A DNA stretch of 63,535 nucleotides, filler included, from Vannella sp. (taxonomy: Eukaryota), in NCBI GenBank assembly GCA_023345925.1. It is 6 parts of 6 records of this genome, joined end to end, with 100 filler letters (N's around TTAATTAATTAA, not from the genome) between each part and the next. Parts side by side here need not be neighbours in the genome. Positions count along the whole stretch, not along the records: positions 47,741 to 55,944 come from JAJQQN010000737.1; positions 56,045 to 60,243 come from JAJQQN010000669.1; 4 more parts are not named here. One strand, 5' to 3'. Shown here one piece after another: positions 47,741 through 60,343 of this stretch (position 1 is the first letter of the stretch; every line of letters begins with the position of its first letter). The notes under the pieces are model-generated. The model was not told the origin of the DNA. It did no database searches and saw nothing but the letters and a program-made list of their open reading frames with translations. The translations under genes and the position numbers were made by a program.

Positions 47741-48915
47741 TCTCCCTGAATGTCTCTGTCTCCCTCACTCCCGCTTCTCTTTCCATGGTAGAGCCACAGC
47801 AGATCGATTATGCTACAAAAGACTTTACTGTCATAGAATACTCTGGTTCCAGCGACCTGGCTGCCAGACTCATTCCTGCAGCTAACTTTGGTTGTCAGCC
47901 AAGAGACTATCCCACTTCAACCACTGGCAAAATCTCTCTTGTAAGCCGGGGAGGCTGCCTATTCTTCGAAAAAGTGGATAACGCGATCAAAGCTGGCGCC
48001 CGAGGAGTTCTCATCTTCAACTATCCTGATGAACCGGGTCCAGTAGCCAGTTCCACATTGTTTAAGCCTTACAGTATCGCTGTCTTTACAATCCCGTTTT
48101 CACTAGGACAGCAGCTGCTTCAAGATGCCAACGCTTTCATTCATATGTCCTATCAATCGAAAGTTATCGCTGTGTATACATCTAACTTGATAGCTGAAAC
48201 CAGGTTGGGCGACCCGAACACGGTGGTTACCATTGGATCCTCCCTAGATTCCTCAGAGAACGGGCCTGGCATGAATGAAAACGGCAGTGGTAGCTCAGCA
48301 AACCTCCAAATGGCTCTGCAGTTCGGCACTGTGGTGAAGAAACCCGCCAACAAAGTGCGTTTCCTTTGGTACGGAGCCGAACAAGCCGGAGCAGTCGGAA
48401 CCAGTTTCTACATCAACTCCCTGTCTTCCGCAGAGAGAAATCAGATTGCTTTGAACCTCAACTTTGATATGATAGGGTCTCCCAACTACATTCGGACGAT
48501 TCTCAATGAAACGGAAACTTCCGGTGGCTTGGCGATTGTGAAGACTTTTGCTGAGTTCTTTGATATCAATCATCTGTCGTACAAGATCAGTCCCCCAGCG
48601 AGTGGAGCCGTGCTTACGCCATTCTCTGCCTTTGGTATCCCATCAGGAGGCATTGACACTGGTTCTGTTATTGTGAAGACAAGAGAAGATCGTGACCGCT
48701 TTGGGGGACTTGTTGGCATTCCCTATGATCCCTGCTTTCTGCAGCCTTGCGATACCCTCGAAAACGTGAACAAAGACGTCCTTCTCGAGACAGCCCAAGC
48801 AGCTGCGTTCGCTCTTGAGCGTTTCGCAAACACTGGGAATCTTCCCCAACTCCTCACTCATGTTGACGCCGCCCCTCCTCCTGCCTCTTTCTCCGAAGCC
48901 TCATTTAGCTTCTGA
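47741..48915 (+). CDS. PA-domain M28 aminopeptidase-like protein, catalytically degenerate (probably 5'-partial)
   Basis: PA domain GKISLVSRGGCLFFEKVDNAIKAGARGVLIFN. M28 motifs NLIAET, GPGMNENGSG, LNFDMIGSPN and YDPC..PCD. Confidence 0.85.
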
Positions 48916-48991
48916 ATGGTTTACTCTTGTCTCTGGAACAATTAGACTGGAAGAGATTGTCCCATAATTTTTGCCATTTTTTATTCCCTCG

Positions 48992-51580
48992 ATGCGAGCG
49001 GCCACGGCTTTCCTGGTTTGGACGCTCTTGGCTTGCGCGTCGTGCGAGTATGTCTCACTTGGACAGTGGGAGTTGGTGAATAGTTTGGTGTTGCCAGCAT
49101 CTGTGGGAGGAGAGGAGATCTCCGTGGCTGGGTACGACAGTCTGGACTGGTTCAACGTCACTGTTCCTTCGACTCTGATGGCTGGACTGCAGCAAAATGG
49201 CATGTATCAAGATGCCTTTGAGTCTCTTAACCTGGCTGAGATCCCCCACGCTCAGTTCTCCGCCCCCTGGTGGTATCGTACCGAGTTCAAGGTCTCCTCC
49301 TCAAGCGAGCACTTCCTCCTTCGCTTTGAGGGCATCAACTACCGTGCTAACATTTGGCTTAACGGGAAGCTCCTTGCGAACTCCACAGAGATCGTAGGAA
49401 CCTTCCGTTACTACGATATCGGCTTGGATAGCGCTCAACTCGTCGATGGCGATAACGTCTTGGCAGTTCAAGTGTTCCGCCCCTACGATGGATGGACGTC
49501 TAAGCAATCGAGCAGCGTTGATCTGGCCATCTCCTGGCTCGATTGGTCTCCTTTTGCCCCTGATGGAAACGCGGGGTTGTGGAGAAACGTCTCTCTGAAG
49601 GCTTTGGGGCCACTATCAGTGGACGTTCGTTATCCTTTGGTTACAACAACCCTCTCTGATGATGCTACCGCGGCCTCGTTCAACTTCCTCATCGAAGTCG
49701 AGAGCTTTGGGAGTGTAGCTACTGCTATGCTCTACTTGGAGGTCCCTGAGCTTGGCACCTTCTCTAAGCTTGTTCAGCTGTTCCCTGGAGCTGCACAGCA
49801 GCTGACTATTGACTCCATTGAAGTACCAGCCGAGAAACTTCACTTGTGGTGGCCCTGGCAGATGGGTGAGCAGTACATGTACAACTTTAGCGTGTATCTT
49901 GAAGACCCTTCGACTGGCCAACGCTCAATCAACGTCTCCTCCCGCTTCGGCCTGCGAGAGATGACTTCCTCGTTCACCTTGCGTGGATATCGCTTGTTTA
50001 GTGTCAACAGGAAGCCCATCTTGATCTTGGGAGGTGGCTGGAGCTCTGACTTGCTCTTGCGTACTTCTCCAGAGCGCCAGCGTGTAGAACTTCAGTATGT
50101 TCGTGACCTTGGTCTTAACACCATTCGGATGGAAGGGAAGCTGGAAGATGACCATTTCTACGACTTGGCAGATGAATATGGTATTCTGTTGATGCCAGGA
50201 TGGGCCTGTTGTGATGCTTGGCAGCATTGGAAGTATTGGAAAGCCGAACAGTATTTTGTAGCATCTGAATCTCTTCGCTCTGAGGTCAGAAGGACTCGAA
50301 TTCATCCTTCTATCCTCGCGTTCTTCTATAGTAGTGACGAAATTCCTCCTGCTGATGTTGAGGCCGAGTTTTTGAAAGTCTTCAAAGAAGAGCACTGGCC
50401 CAATCCAACTCTTAACTCAGCTGCAAAGGTGGTTTCCAATATCACTGGACCTTCTGGTGTGAAAATGAGTGGTCCGTATGCTTGGGTCCCTCCAGTCTAC
50501 TGGTTGGAAGACAAGAACTTCAAGTACGGTGGTGCTTACGGCTTTTTGACAGAGGGAGGCCCTGGTGCATCTCCCATGGTGCTCGAAGATCTTGAGCGCA
50601 CTATCCCTGAGGATCAAATGTGGCCTATTAACTTCTACTGGGACTACCACTGCGGAAATCAAAAGGGCAAGTTCGGAAGCCTTAAGTATTTCACTCCTCC
50701 TCTTGATGCTCGCTATGGAGCGTCCTCCTCTGCCAAAGAGTATTTGTTTAAGTCTCAGGTTGCTGCTTATGAATCCCATCGAGCCATGTTTGAAGGGTAC
50801 ACCCGAAACAAGTACAAGGCAACTGGTCTTATTCAATGGATGCTGAATAACCCCTGGCCAGATATGATTTGGCACTTGTACGATTACTACCTCAATCCTG
50901 GAGGCTCCTACTTTGGTACAAAGGACGCATTACGGCCCCTCCATGCCATGTATTCTTATCCGGACCAAAGTGTCTGGCTGGTCAACTCTGGCTATGAAGA
51001 CGTCAAGAACTTCACTGTCCTTGGCAATGTCTACCTCATTGATGGAGAGATCTTCTCTTCTACTTCAGTATCTTACGATGTGATTAAGGCAGATGACACT
51101 GGTTTGATGTTTAACGTGCAAATTCCCAGTTCCGGCTTCTTCTTTGTGCGACTGGAAGTTCTTGTTGGATCAGATTCTGTGGATGAGAGCTGGTATTGGT
51201 ATAATGTTGACCAAGATATCTTGGATTGGAAGAACTCTACTTTCTACATCACTGCTTGTTCGAGTTATGCTGACTTGACAGCCCTTTCTAGCCTTCCTCC
51301 TGTTTCTATTGCCTGGAGCCTCGTCGATGCTGCCTCTCCGTCTACTCCCATTGGGTGGCGTTCGATGCAAGCTACTGTTGTGAACAAGTCTTCCGGCATT
51401 GCTTTCTTCCTTCACCTCCGCATTCACGGACCCGATGGGAATGTCATTTCTCCAGTCCTCTGGGAAGACAATATGTTCACTCTCTTGCCTTCTCAATCCC
51501 GCCAAGTGCTTGTCTCCTTCCCAGCTGACTTGGCACCCACTTCACTGACTGTCGATACTTACAACAATCTCAACCAATAG
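48992..51580 (+). CDS. Secreted GH2 exo-beta-D-glucosaminidase (CsxA-like)
   Basis: Signal peptide; PWWYRTEF, GINYRANIWLNG, GLNTIRMEGKLE, LMPGWACCDAW, SD acid/base position, SGVKMSGPYAWVPP and WMLNNPWP..WHLYDYYL. Intronless. Confidence 0.88.
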   Translation: MRAATAFLVWTLLACASCEYVSLGQWELVNSLVLPASVGGEEISVAGYDSLDWFNVTVPSTLMAGLQQNGMYQDAFESLNLAEIPHAQFSAPWWYRTEFKVSSSSEHFLLRFEGINYRANIWLNGKLLANSTEIVGTFRYYDIGLDSAQLVDGDNVLAVQVFRPYDGWTSKQSSSVDLAISWLDWSPFAPDGNAGLWRNVSLKALGPLSVDVRYPLVTTTLSDDATAASFNFLIEVESFGSVATAMLYLEVPELGTFSKLVQLFPGAAQQLTIDSIEVPAEKLHLWWPWQMGEQYMYNFSVYLEDPSTGQRSINVSSRFGLREMTSSFTLRGYRLFSVNRKPILILGGGWSSDLLLRTSPERQRVELQYVRDLGLNTIRMEGKLEDDHFYDLADEYGILLMPGWACCDAWQHWKYWKAEQYFVASESLRSEVRRTRIHPSILAFFYSSDEIPPADVEAEFLKVFKEEHWPNPTLNSAAKVVSNITGPSGVKMSGPYAWVPPVYWLEDKNFKYGGAYGFLTEGGPGASPMVLEDLERTIPEDQMWPINFYWDYHCGNQKGKFGSLKYFTPPLDARYGASSSAKEYLFKSQVAAYESHRAMFEGYTRNKYKATGLIQWMLNNPWPDMIWHLYDYYLNPGGSYFGTKDALRPLHAMYSYPDQSVWLVNSGYEDVKNFTVLGNVYLIDGEIFSSTSVSYDVIKADDTGLMFNVQIPSSGFFFVRLEVLVGSDSVDESWYWYNVDQDILDWKNSTFYITACSSYADLTALSSLPPVSIAWSLVDAASPSTPIGWRSMQATVVNKSSGIAFFLHLRIHGPDGNVISPVLWEDNMFTLLPSQSRQVLVSFPADLAPTSLTVDTYNNLNQ

Positions 51581-51737
51581 TTGAGATAAACTTCCTCAAG
51601 ATTCAAACAAGCAGAGTAGTTCTCCTTCGTTTGCCTAAGTTCCAAAGGGAGAAAGGGTTTAACCGAAAAGGTCTCTTGCAGGAATTGAGAAAAATGCGTT
51701 TGCTTGCTTTGCGTGTTTGTTTGAAGGTTTAACCTGA

Positions 51738-53558
51738 TTAGGCTTGGTAGATGGCATTGATGGCGCTTTGAATAATGTTGCTGACTTGGTGAATGTCTGC
51801 GGACGGTGCGAATGAGAGCCGAACGAGCTGCACTCCCCCGACAGCTTGCTTGGCTTTATCCTCTTCCTTGATAGCACCTTGAGTGGATGTAGCAGGTACA
51901 GTGGCGTAGACAAGTCCATTATCTTGGCCAAAGCTGACACAAGGCTTGAACTCTTTGTGCTCACAAAGTAAATCAACAAACCGCTGTGCCAAGGCCTCTT
52001 TCTCCTCCTCTGATGCACCTGACGGGCTGGGTAGATTGAAAGAGAAGGTAGATGTCGTAAAACCCTCCTGAGCTTGCTCAGGAGTGACAAACGCAAGGGG
52101 CATGTCATAACCTGCACATCGACTCATCACATTCTCGCAAAGGCTCACTCCGACAGCTGCTGCGACCTGATAAGCTCTTTCACAACGCACTTCCACTCCG
52201 ATGTGGTTGTCTACCAAACGAGTGAGCTGATCAGGCTTCGCGGTGGTGTCGAGGAAGGTGGCAGTGGCCGATACCTCCTTTAAGAGGGAGGTGGAGAACT
52301 CCGTATGATTAGCTACGAGTGCGCCAGCTGTAGTGATGCCACGAGACACACTCTTGGAGAGGCTAATGAAGCACATGACGGGGAGTTCGGGCGTCTCCTC
52401 TTGGAACTTCTTCATCACTTGAGAAGCGGGGGCAAAGGTGGTGTCTACCAGCAGGAGAACCTCCTTTCCTGTCTTCTCCTTGTACGAGCGGAGGATGGGC
52501 GCCAGCTGCGGCGTGTCAGGCACCTTCATGTCAGGGTTTGTCGGGATCTCCACAAATAGGACTGTAGTAGGCGCTAGAGAGCTTCCCTGCTCGGCTAGAT
52601 GATCCAATGTGCTTCCTATACGTTGGATGATGTTTGTATCCACCCCTTGGATGTCAAAAGTGAACTTTCGAAGGCTTTCAGCCCGTTCAGCAAGGAGGTC
52701 AGTGAGTTGGCTGCTTCCTCCGTATGCTGTTGAAGCCATCACGATGTCAGCTCCTCCTCGTTGAACCAAAGAGAGCCACAGTGAGGCAATGGTTGGAAGG
52801 CCTGCTGTGAACACGACAGGATGGGACTTCGCGTTTGCCTCGGTCCCGCTCATGGTTTGGAGGTGATCGAGGAATTCCACGAGCTTTGCAGGCTCTGGGG
52901 CTACTGGATCATCAACAGTGATGCCAGCAAGTCGCTGGAGCATCACTTGGGCCACTGGGGTGGTTACAGGGGTCGACATCCGCTTTCTCATGACCAGAAT
53001 GTCCTCTGGAAGGATGGTTTCGGGCTTGTTGATGTAAAGGATGTGTTCACCAATGATTCCATCAACGTTACTTGTAGTTTCTTGAGCTAGGGATGACTGT
53101 AGAGCAAGAACCACGTGATCTTGGACAGGTTGAGGGGAACCTGCTGTTATCGTTAGCCTGCCCTTTAGTAGCTCCAGTAGTTGGATCTGCTCTGGAGTGA
53201 AGGGAGCTTGTTCGTTCCCAATGTACAGAATGACGGGGAGGCGAGCAGTGAGGACAACAGCGACGATCGGCATCCTGGCTGAAGCAAAGGTGAAGACCTG
53301 GCTCACGTGGTAGCCCTTTTCGCGAGCTAAGAAGACTTCTAAAGTTGTAGAGATGTTCGTAGCAACCCGCAGATAGTCCTCCGCGTTACCCAGAGCCTCC
53401 AAGTCATCCACCGTCACCGGTTCATTGCGAGAGAGAAGCGCGTTCAGGTTCTCAGCAAAGCCCTCGCGCCCTAACAGCTGAGAGTTCTTAAAGGTGGTCC
53501 CCAACCACTCACCAGGCAGAGAAGCAAGGATCTGTTGAATCACTGCGCCAGACGCCAT
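51738..53558 (-). CDS. PLP-dependent trans-sulfuration (Cys/Met metabolism)-like enzyme with N-terminal extension
   Basis: STAYGGS, FVEIPTNPDMKV, LLVDTTFAP, SLSKSVS (PLP Lys), CVSFGQ and LVRLSF. About 606 aa, intronless. Confidence 0.8.
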   Translation of the reverse strand: MASGAVIQQILASLPGEWLGTTFKNSQLLGREGFAENLNALLSRNEPVTVDDLEALGNAEDYLRVATNISTTLEVFLAREKGYHVSQVFTFASARMPIVAVVLTARLPVILYIGNEQAPFTPEQIQLLELLKGRLTITAGSPQPVQDHVVLALQSSLAQETTSNVDGIIGEHILYINKPETILPEDILVMRKRMSTPVTTPVAQVMLQRLAGITVDDPVAPEPAKLVEFLDHLQTMSGTEANAKSHPVVFTAGLPTIASLWLSLVQRGGADIVMASTAYGGSSQLTDLLAERAESLRKFTFDIQGVDTNIIQRIGSTLDHLAEQGSSLAPTTVLFVEIPTNPDMKVPDTPQLAPILRSYKEKTGKEVLLLVDTTFAPASQVMKKFQEETPELPVMCFISLSKSVSRGITTAGALVANHTEFSTSLLKEVSATATFLDTTAKPDQLTRLVDNHIGVEVRCERAYQVAAAVGVSLCENVMSRCAGYDMPLAFVTPEQAQEGFTTSTFSFNLPSPSGASEEEKEALAQRFVDLLCEHKEFKPCVSFGQDNGLVYATVPATSTQGAIKEEDKAKQAVGGVQLVRLSFAPSADIHQVSNIIQSAINAIYQA

Positions 53559-53610
53559 CTCCACGTGGCGACCAAACAATGACTTGTAAGACCTTCAGAA
53601 GCCTCCATAA

Positions 53611-55431
<1,821 letters not shown>

Positions 55432-55944
55432 GGAGAGAGTGAGCGCGGCTTCGTGTATTATTCAAAGCCTCATTCACAATGGAATGAAGATTGCCCACGA
55501 AAAGTTGCTAAAAAGCTTGTCTTCCCTCCCTCTCTGAGTTTGATAATGGTATATATTACGGCTATGCCTGAAGCAGGAACCTCATTAGGATCATAGGAAG
55601 GGGTGGCTGCCCTCCAAACACGAGGCAAGGGAAAGGGGACCCCTCTTTGAAGGAGGGCAAGTTACAAACACGTGTGGTCCCTTCCTTCGTCCATATTTAT
55701 ATCGGGCTTCGTGATATTGGGGGACCTAAAAGGAATTTCATTCATCATCGGGACCCCCAATTTCGGTTTCCGCGAAATGCGTGTTTACGTAGAGTGCCCT
55801 GATGAACTCCATATCTTCAGGATAAGCATTTAGGTTGGTTTCATTTTTTTGAGTTTTGGCTGCTCCAGAGGACCAAATGCCCCCGCTGCTCGTGGCTCTT
55901 TTCAGAGCACTCAAGGCTCTCTGAGACCACCACCTGATGGTGAC

Positions 55945-56044
55945 NNNNNNNNNNNNNNNNNNNNNNNNNNNNNNNNNNNNNNNNNNNNTTAATTAATTAA
56001 NNNNNNNNNNNNNNNNNNNNNNNNNNNNNNNNNNNNNNNNNNNN
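55945..56044. other. Artificial contig linker
   Basis: N44-TTAATTAATTAA-N44. Confidence 0.97.
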
Positions 56045-56501
56045 CCCTAGAATGCGATCAAGACATCAAATTGGAGAAAGGCAGCAAAAATTAGTCGGAC
56101 GTGTCGAATTGCTTTTTCCCAGACAAAGAAATTCAACAATGCTCAATCCCAGGACGAGGTGAGGACAGCGCCTCACTTGGGCTTCGTAAAGGGCTAATCG
56201 AAAGATGAGAGCAAAGTGGGAATAAAACGTAAATTGAGGGTTTAGGGTTACCGAGGCGAGTGGAGTCGCTCTACAAGATAAGCTTCAGCTGCAGAGCATT
56301 ACAGGAGTGGAGCTGGTAGAAAGGAAGACAAGGAGGACATAAGTATCAGGAAGAGCCCAGTCTTTGAGTTCTAGAGAGTTCTCGTGCGTGAATGGAGAGA
56401 ATGACCAATGAAGAACGCCTCTACTTGTTGGCACAGCTCACTGAGTAAGCAGTCTATCTTAAGACCCGATCCAACCTCTCACCCCTCCTGCCCGTACTCG
56501 C

Positions 56502-56583
56502 CTCATTCGACGAAGGTTTCGCATCAACGGCTGGAGAGCCTGGTAACTCATTCGACGAAAGTCCCACATCAAAGGCTGGAAAG
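56502..56583. repeat. Degenerate tandem duplication, 45-nt period
   Basis: CTCATTCGACGAA...CATCAA.GGCTGGA.AG starts at both 56502 and 56547. Confidence 0.7.
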
Positions 56584-56762
56584 ACAATGACTTGCCAGCC
56601 ACTCCATCTTGCCTGCTGGATGGAGAGAAGTCACGAGTGGCGAGGACACAGGGGAAGAGGGGATTTTCTCTTTCCTCCTTCCCTGCACTCCTCTTGAAGT
56701 TGACGAATGATGGAGTCCCAATGTAGCCTATTGAAGAGATAGCATTCATTCGCTTGCTTGCC

Positions 56763-59647
56763 ATGCTCTTGAGGGGGGCAAACTCCTCTGCCTTATTCAG
56801 GATGCTTCCGCAGATGCCTCGTTCTGTGCTTGCAAGAGGACGAGATAGACGGGTTCCGGTGGCCCAGAGGGGGCTCTATCGGGCGGCTCCACGCCTTGTA
56901 AATGATCGAGGAGCACCTGATTTGAGACTTACTTGTGTGTGTAGCTCGATTCCCCGGTTTGGAGCTCCCAACGAGGGAGCTGTACATATTTTGAACGTCA
57001 TAGGAAGGAACACCGGCTCTTAGGTGCTCCTGTAAGTCCATTCCAGCTCGCATGAAGGTGTGCTCATCTCGCCTGCGGAGAAGTTGTTACCTGTTGTCAG
57101 AGAGCTGCAGAATGTGGGCTCTATACATGAACATGGACTTGATGTACCTCATTTTGTGGTGGTGGGAGGCCAGTCCAGCGGAAAGTCCTCGGTTTTAGAG
57201 AGCTTGGTTGGTCGGAAGTTCCTCCCTCGAGGCTCCGGCATCGTGACGCGACGTCCTCTGATTCTGCAGCTTATCCGAATCTCAGAAGGAGAGAAGGACT
57301 ACGCAGTCTTCATGCACAACCCAGAGAGAAGAGTGCACGACTTCGACCAAGTGCGAGAAGAGATTCAGCAAGAGACGGACTGCCTGACTGGTACCAATAG
57401 TACGGGTGTCTCTTCTGAGCCCATTGTTCTTCGCATCTACTCTACTAACGTTGTTCCACTCACGTTGGTGGACACGCCTGGCGTCGCTTTTGTAAGTTAC
57501 CTTTTTTCTGTGCCGGAGGGAGGTGGCTGATGTATGCTCGAATTAGGCTCCTGTGGGCAGCCATCCTCTCGAAGCGGATGCTCAGGTTCGAGAGATGATT
57601 GAAAGTTACGTCAGAAACTCAGTACGTCAGTTGCCAGGTTCATGATTTTGCGAGAAAGTGACTTGGAAGTGACAGAACGCTCTCATTATTGCAGTGCATC
57701 CCGCTGACCATGAGCTGGCTACCTCTGCTACCATCAAGTTGGCAGTGGCGGCAGATCCCACTGGCGAACGGACTTTGGGCATCGTCACTAAGTTGGACTT
57801 GATGGATCAAGGAGCAAATGCAATTGACGTTCTTAATGGGAATGTTTCTTACCTGAGGAATGGCTTTATTGGTGTTGTTAACAGAGATCAAATTGATATG
57901 ACCAGCAAGGAGAGCGTTCCAGAAGACGAGGAGGATTTCTTTGAGCAGCGTTCGGTCCTTTATGGGCCGGTTAGGCATCGCTGCGGTCGTCAACAGCTGA
58001 TTGATCATTGCAATCGAATCCTGATGGAGCATATGAAGCAGGCTCACCCTTCTTTGATGAAGGATGAGTGCGGAGACGATGCGAACGAAGAGGAACTCCA
58101 TGGGGCTGCTCGTGTTCGTTTCAGCTTCAAAGCTGCTTTTGATATGCTAATGGGGCAGATTGAAAAACTCAAGCAAGCTCCACTTCAGGTGGAAGAAATG
58201 GTACGCGATGAAATCATGCGAGTTCATGGGAGAGCTTCGGATTTGCTAAGAGATCGGCAAGTTGATGAAGTCCTTGAGCGTGCGATGACTGCCAAGCAAT
58301 CCCTCGAACACAAGGCAGCTGCAAAACTATTTTTGGAAGCTGCCAATGTCAGCCCGACGAGCGACCCTGACTTTGTAAAGGATCTTATTTCAGCTTCTCT
58401 AGAAGAGTCAGTGAATGGTGGAGACTTTCAGCAAGCTTACGAGCTTCTCCAAAGCACTCCCCTTTTACAAGAAACGTCAGACGCCCATTTTGCTCGTGAG
58501 GACAGACTGGCATACTTCTGTATCAATATGGAGGACCCGAAAGCTCTTGAGCACTGCTCCCATGCAGAGCAGCTCGCTGCCAGCTGCAAATCCCCCAAAG
58601 TGCAGCTCGCTCTGGCGCACAGTAAGTTTCTGTTGTTGAATAAGAGGCAGATTCTTACCCATGTGATTAGAAAGAAGAGGGGAGTACTTTGCAGCCATGC
58701 ATCAGCCCTTGGAAGCAGAAATGTGCTTCCGTCAAGCTATCAAATTACACAAACAGTTGAATGTTGAGCCAGGAGCTTCCGTGTTGACAGAGGAAGCTCT
58801 GGCAGTCTATTCTGATCTTCAGAAACTCTTTATTTCACAAGGAAAGCCTGAAATCTCTGAGAAGATCCTTCTCGAGGAAGTAGAGCCCCTGACCACTCAC
58901 GGCTTTGCTGACATCACCTTCTTTTGGCATCTGACTCACATGGCGTACTCCTATATCGAGTATGACTACACCCAGTATGCCGAAGCTGCCTGGCACCGTG
59001 TATTTGAGATGTACCGGGAGAAATACGACCAGTTGATGGACCAAACAGGGACCCGCTTCGCATTTGAGGTAGTCTCGCTCATTGCAAACTCTCGCAACGA
59101 GTTTGCTCTGATGCAATTGAATCAAGGCCACGTAAAGGCGGCTCAAAAAGAGTTCCAAGAGCTTGACAAGAGGGCGTATTCCTTGATGATGACTTCAAAG
59201 TATTTTGATACAATCTTAACTGACGTCTTTGTCCACCCAGACGAGCGCCAATGTGCAAGTGGCACTTTCATCATCAAATTGAGAGTGAGGAACTCGAATC
59301 TCTTCTTGCCAAGCACTTTGTTGCGCTTCCGAGTGGAACAAAATGGTCAAATAATTGATGAAAAGGAGACAGAGTACGATGGTTCGCGCAACTCACTTGT
59401 ACTCCGGGGCAATCCCCTTACCAATGTTGAAATGGGCACTGCCGTTTTGGTTGTCGAGCTTACTTGCCCAGACAGAAAGAAAAACCCCTACCAGCACCGC
59501 CAAACGGTCAATATTCCGGTCAGCTTCCAGCCTGGTACAAGTATGAGCAGCTTGAGTGAAGCCGTTCGTCGCAATCGAATGGACAACCCACCTTCATTCA
59601 ATGACAGTCACCTCTCCACTCACACTCCTCGTTTCAAGGGGATTTAA
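56763..59647 (+). CDS. Dynamin-related GTPase with presequence-like leader, truncated stalk and TPR-like/beta-rich C-terminus
   Basis: GGQSSGKSSVLE, PRGSGIVTRRPL, DTPG, TKLDLMD and GVVNR. Introns near 56898-56944, 57032-57080, 57492-57546, 57622-57675 and 58622-58670. Confidence 0.8.
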
Positions 59648-59957
59648 CACACTGTACACTCTTCGCAATAAACTGTAACTAACTGAAAGTTCTACGTTCC
59701 CTTTTGAGGAAAGAGACTGGATTAGCTGACCGTTATCCTGTGCGCTGTGGCCTCATCTTTCACAGGATGTGGACCCTTTAATCTGGTTTCCTTTGGAACG
59801 ATGTAACTCATTGCCAGAGAGCCATTCCTCCAAACTCTTTCTGACTTTCTCACGGGCTGACCCAATCAGCCATTGTCTGGCAATCAATGATTATCTGATA
59901 GTACAAATCATCATTCGTGTCGGCGCCAGTCGAATGTGAAGCTTTTGCGGACCTGGT

Positions 59958-60243
59958 TCAGCGAACTCTAATAGAAAGGAAGAATCGACTTTGGGAGTTC
60001 CAATGGCCATCCACTCCTTCTGTAGTCCCTTCAAGGCGTCTTTTCGTTCCTTTCCTTAGTTCGGAGCGGAGTTCTTGGCAAAGAGAGCAACACGCGGTGC
60101 AAGGACAATTGCTAAGGAAGAAGTCACCAAAGCACTTGTCCCAGATGTCTAGCGGTTCCTCGTAGACGCCAGTGAGCAAACGAGTGTTGTACCGGCCAAG
60201 AAAGCTGAAAAGGAAGGTCGCCAACAACATGTGTTCGAGGATG
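59958..60243 (-). CDS. PLAC8/cornifelin-like Cys-rich protein, 3' fragment
   Basis: GDFFLSNCPCTACCSLCQELRSE matches the PLAC8 D...C..C.LCQE.RE pattern. Cut by the contig edge. Confidence 0.55.
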
Positions 60244-60343
60244 NNNNNNNNNNNNNNNNNNNNNNNNNNNNNNNNNNNNNNNNNNNNTTAATTAATTAAN
60301 NNNNNNNNNNNNNNNNNNNNNNNNNNNNNNNNNNNNNNNNNNN
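60244..60343. other. Artificial contig linker
   Basis: N44-TTAATTAATTAA-N44. Confidence 0.97.

Noticed and set aside
55432..55944. GGGACCCC palindromes and a possible gene fragment
   Set aside because: Stems are too short and no coherent ORF or RNA family can be supported.
58646..58694. Possible GC-AG intron in the dynamin-like gene
   Set aside because: The canonical intron 58622-58670 restores the frame with TPR-like sequence.
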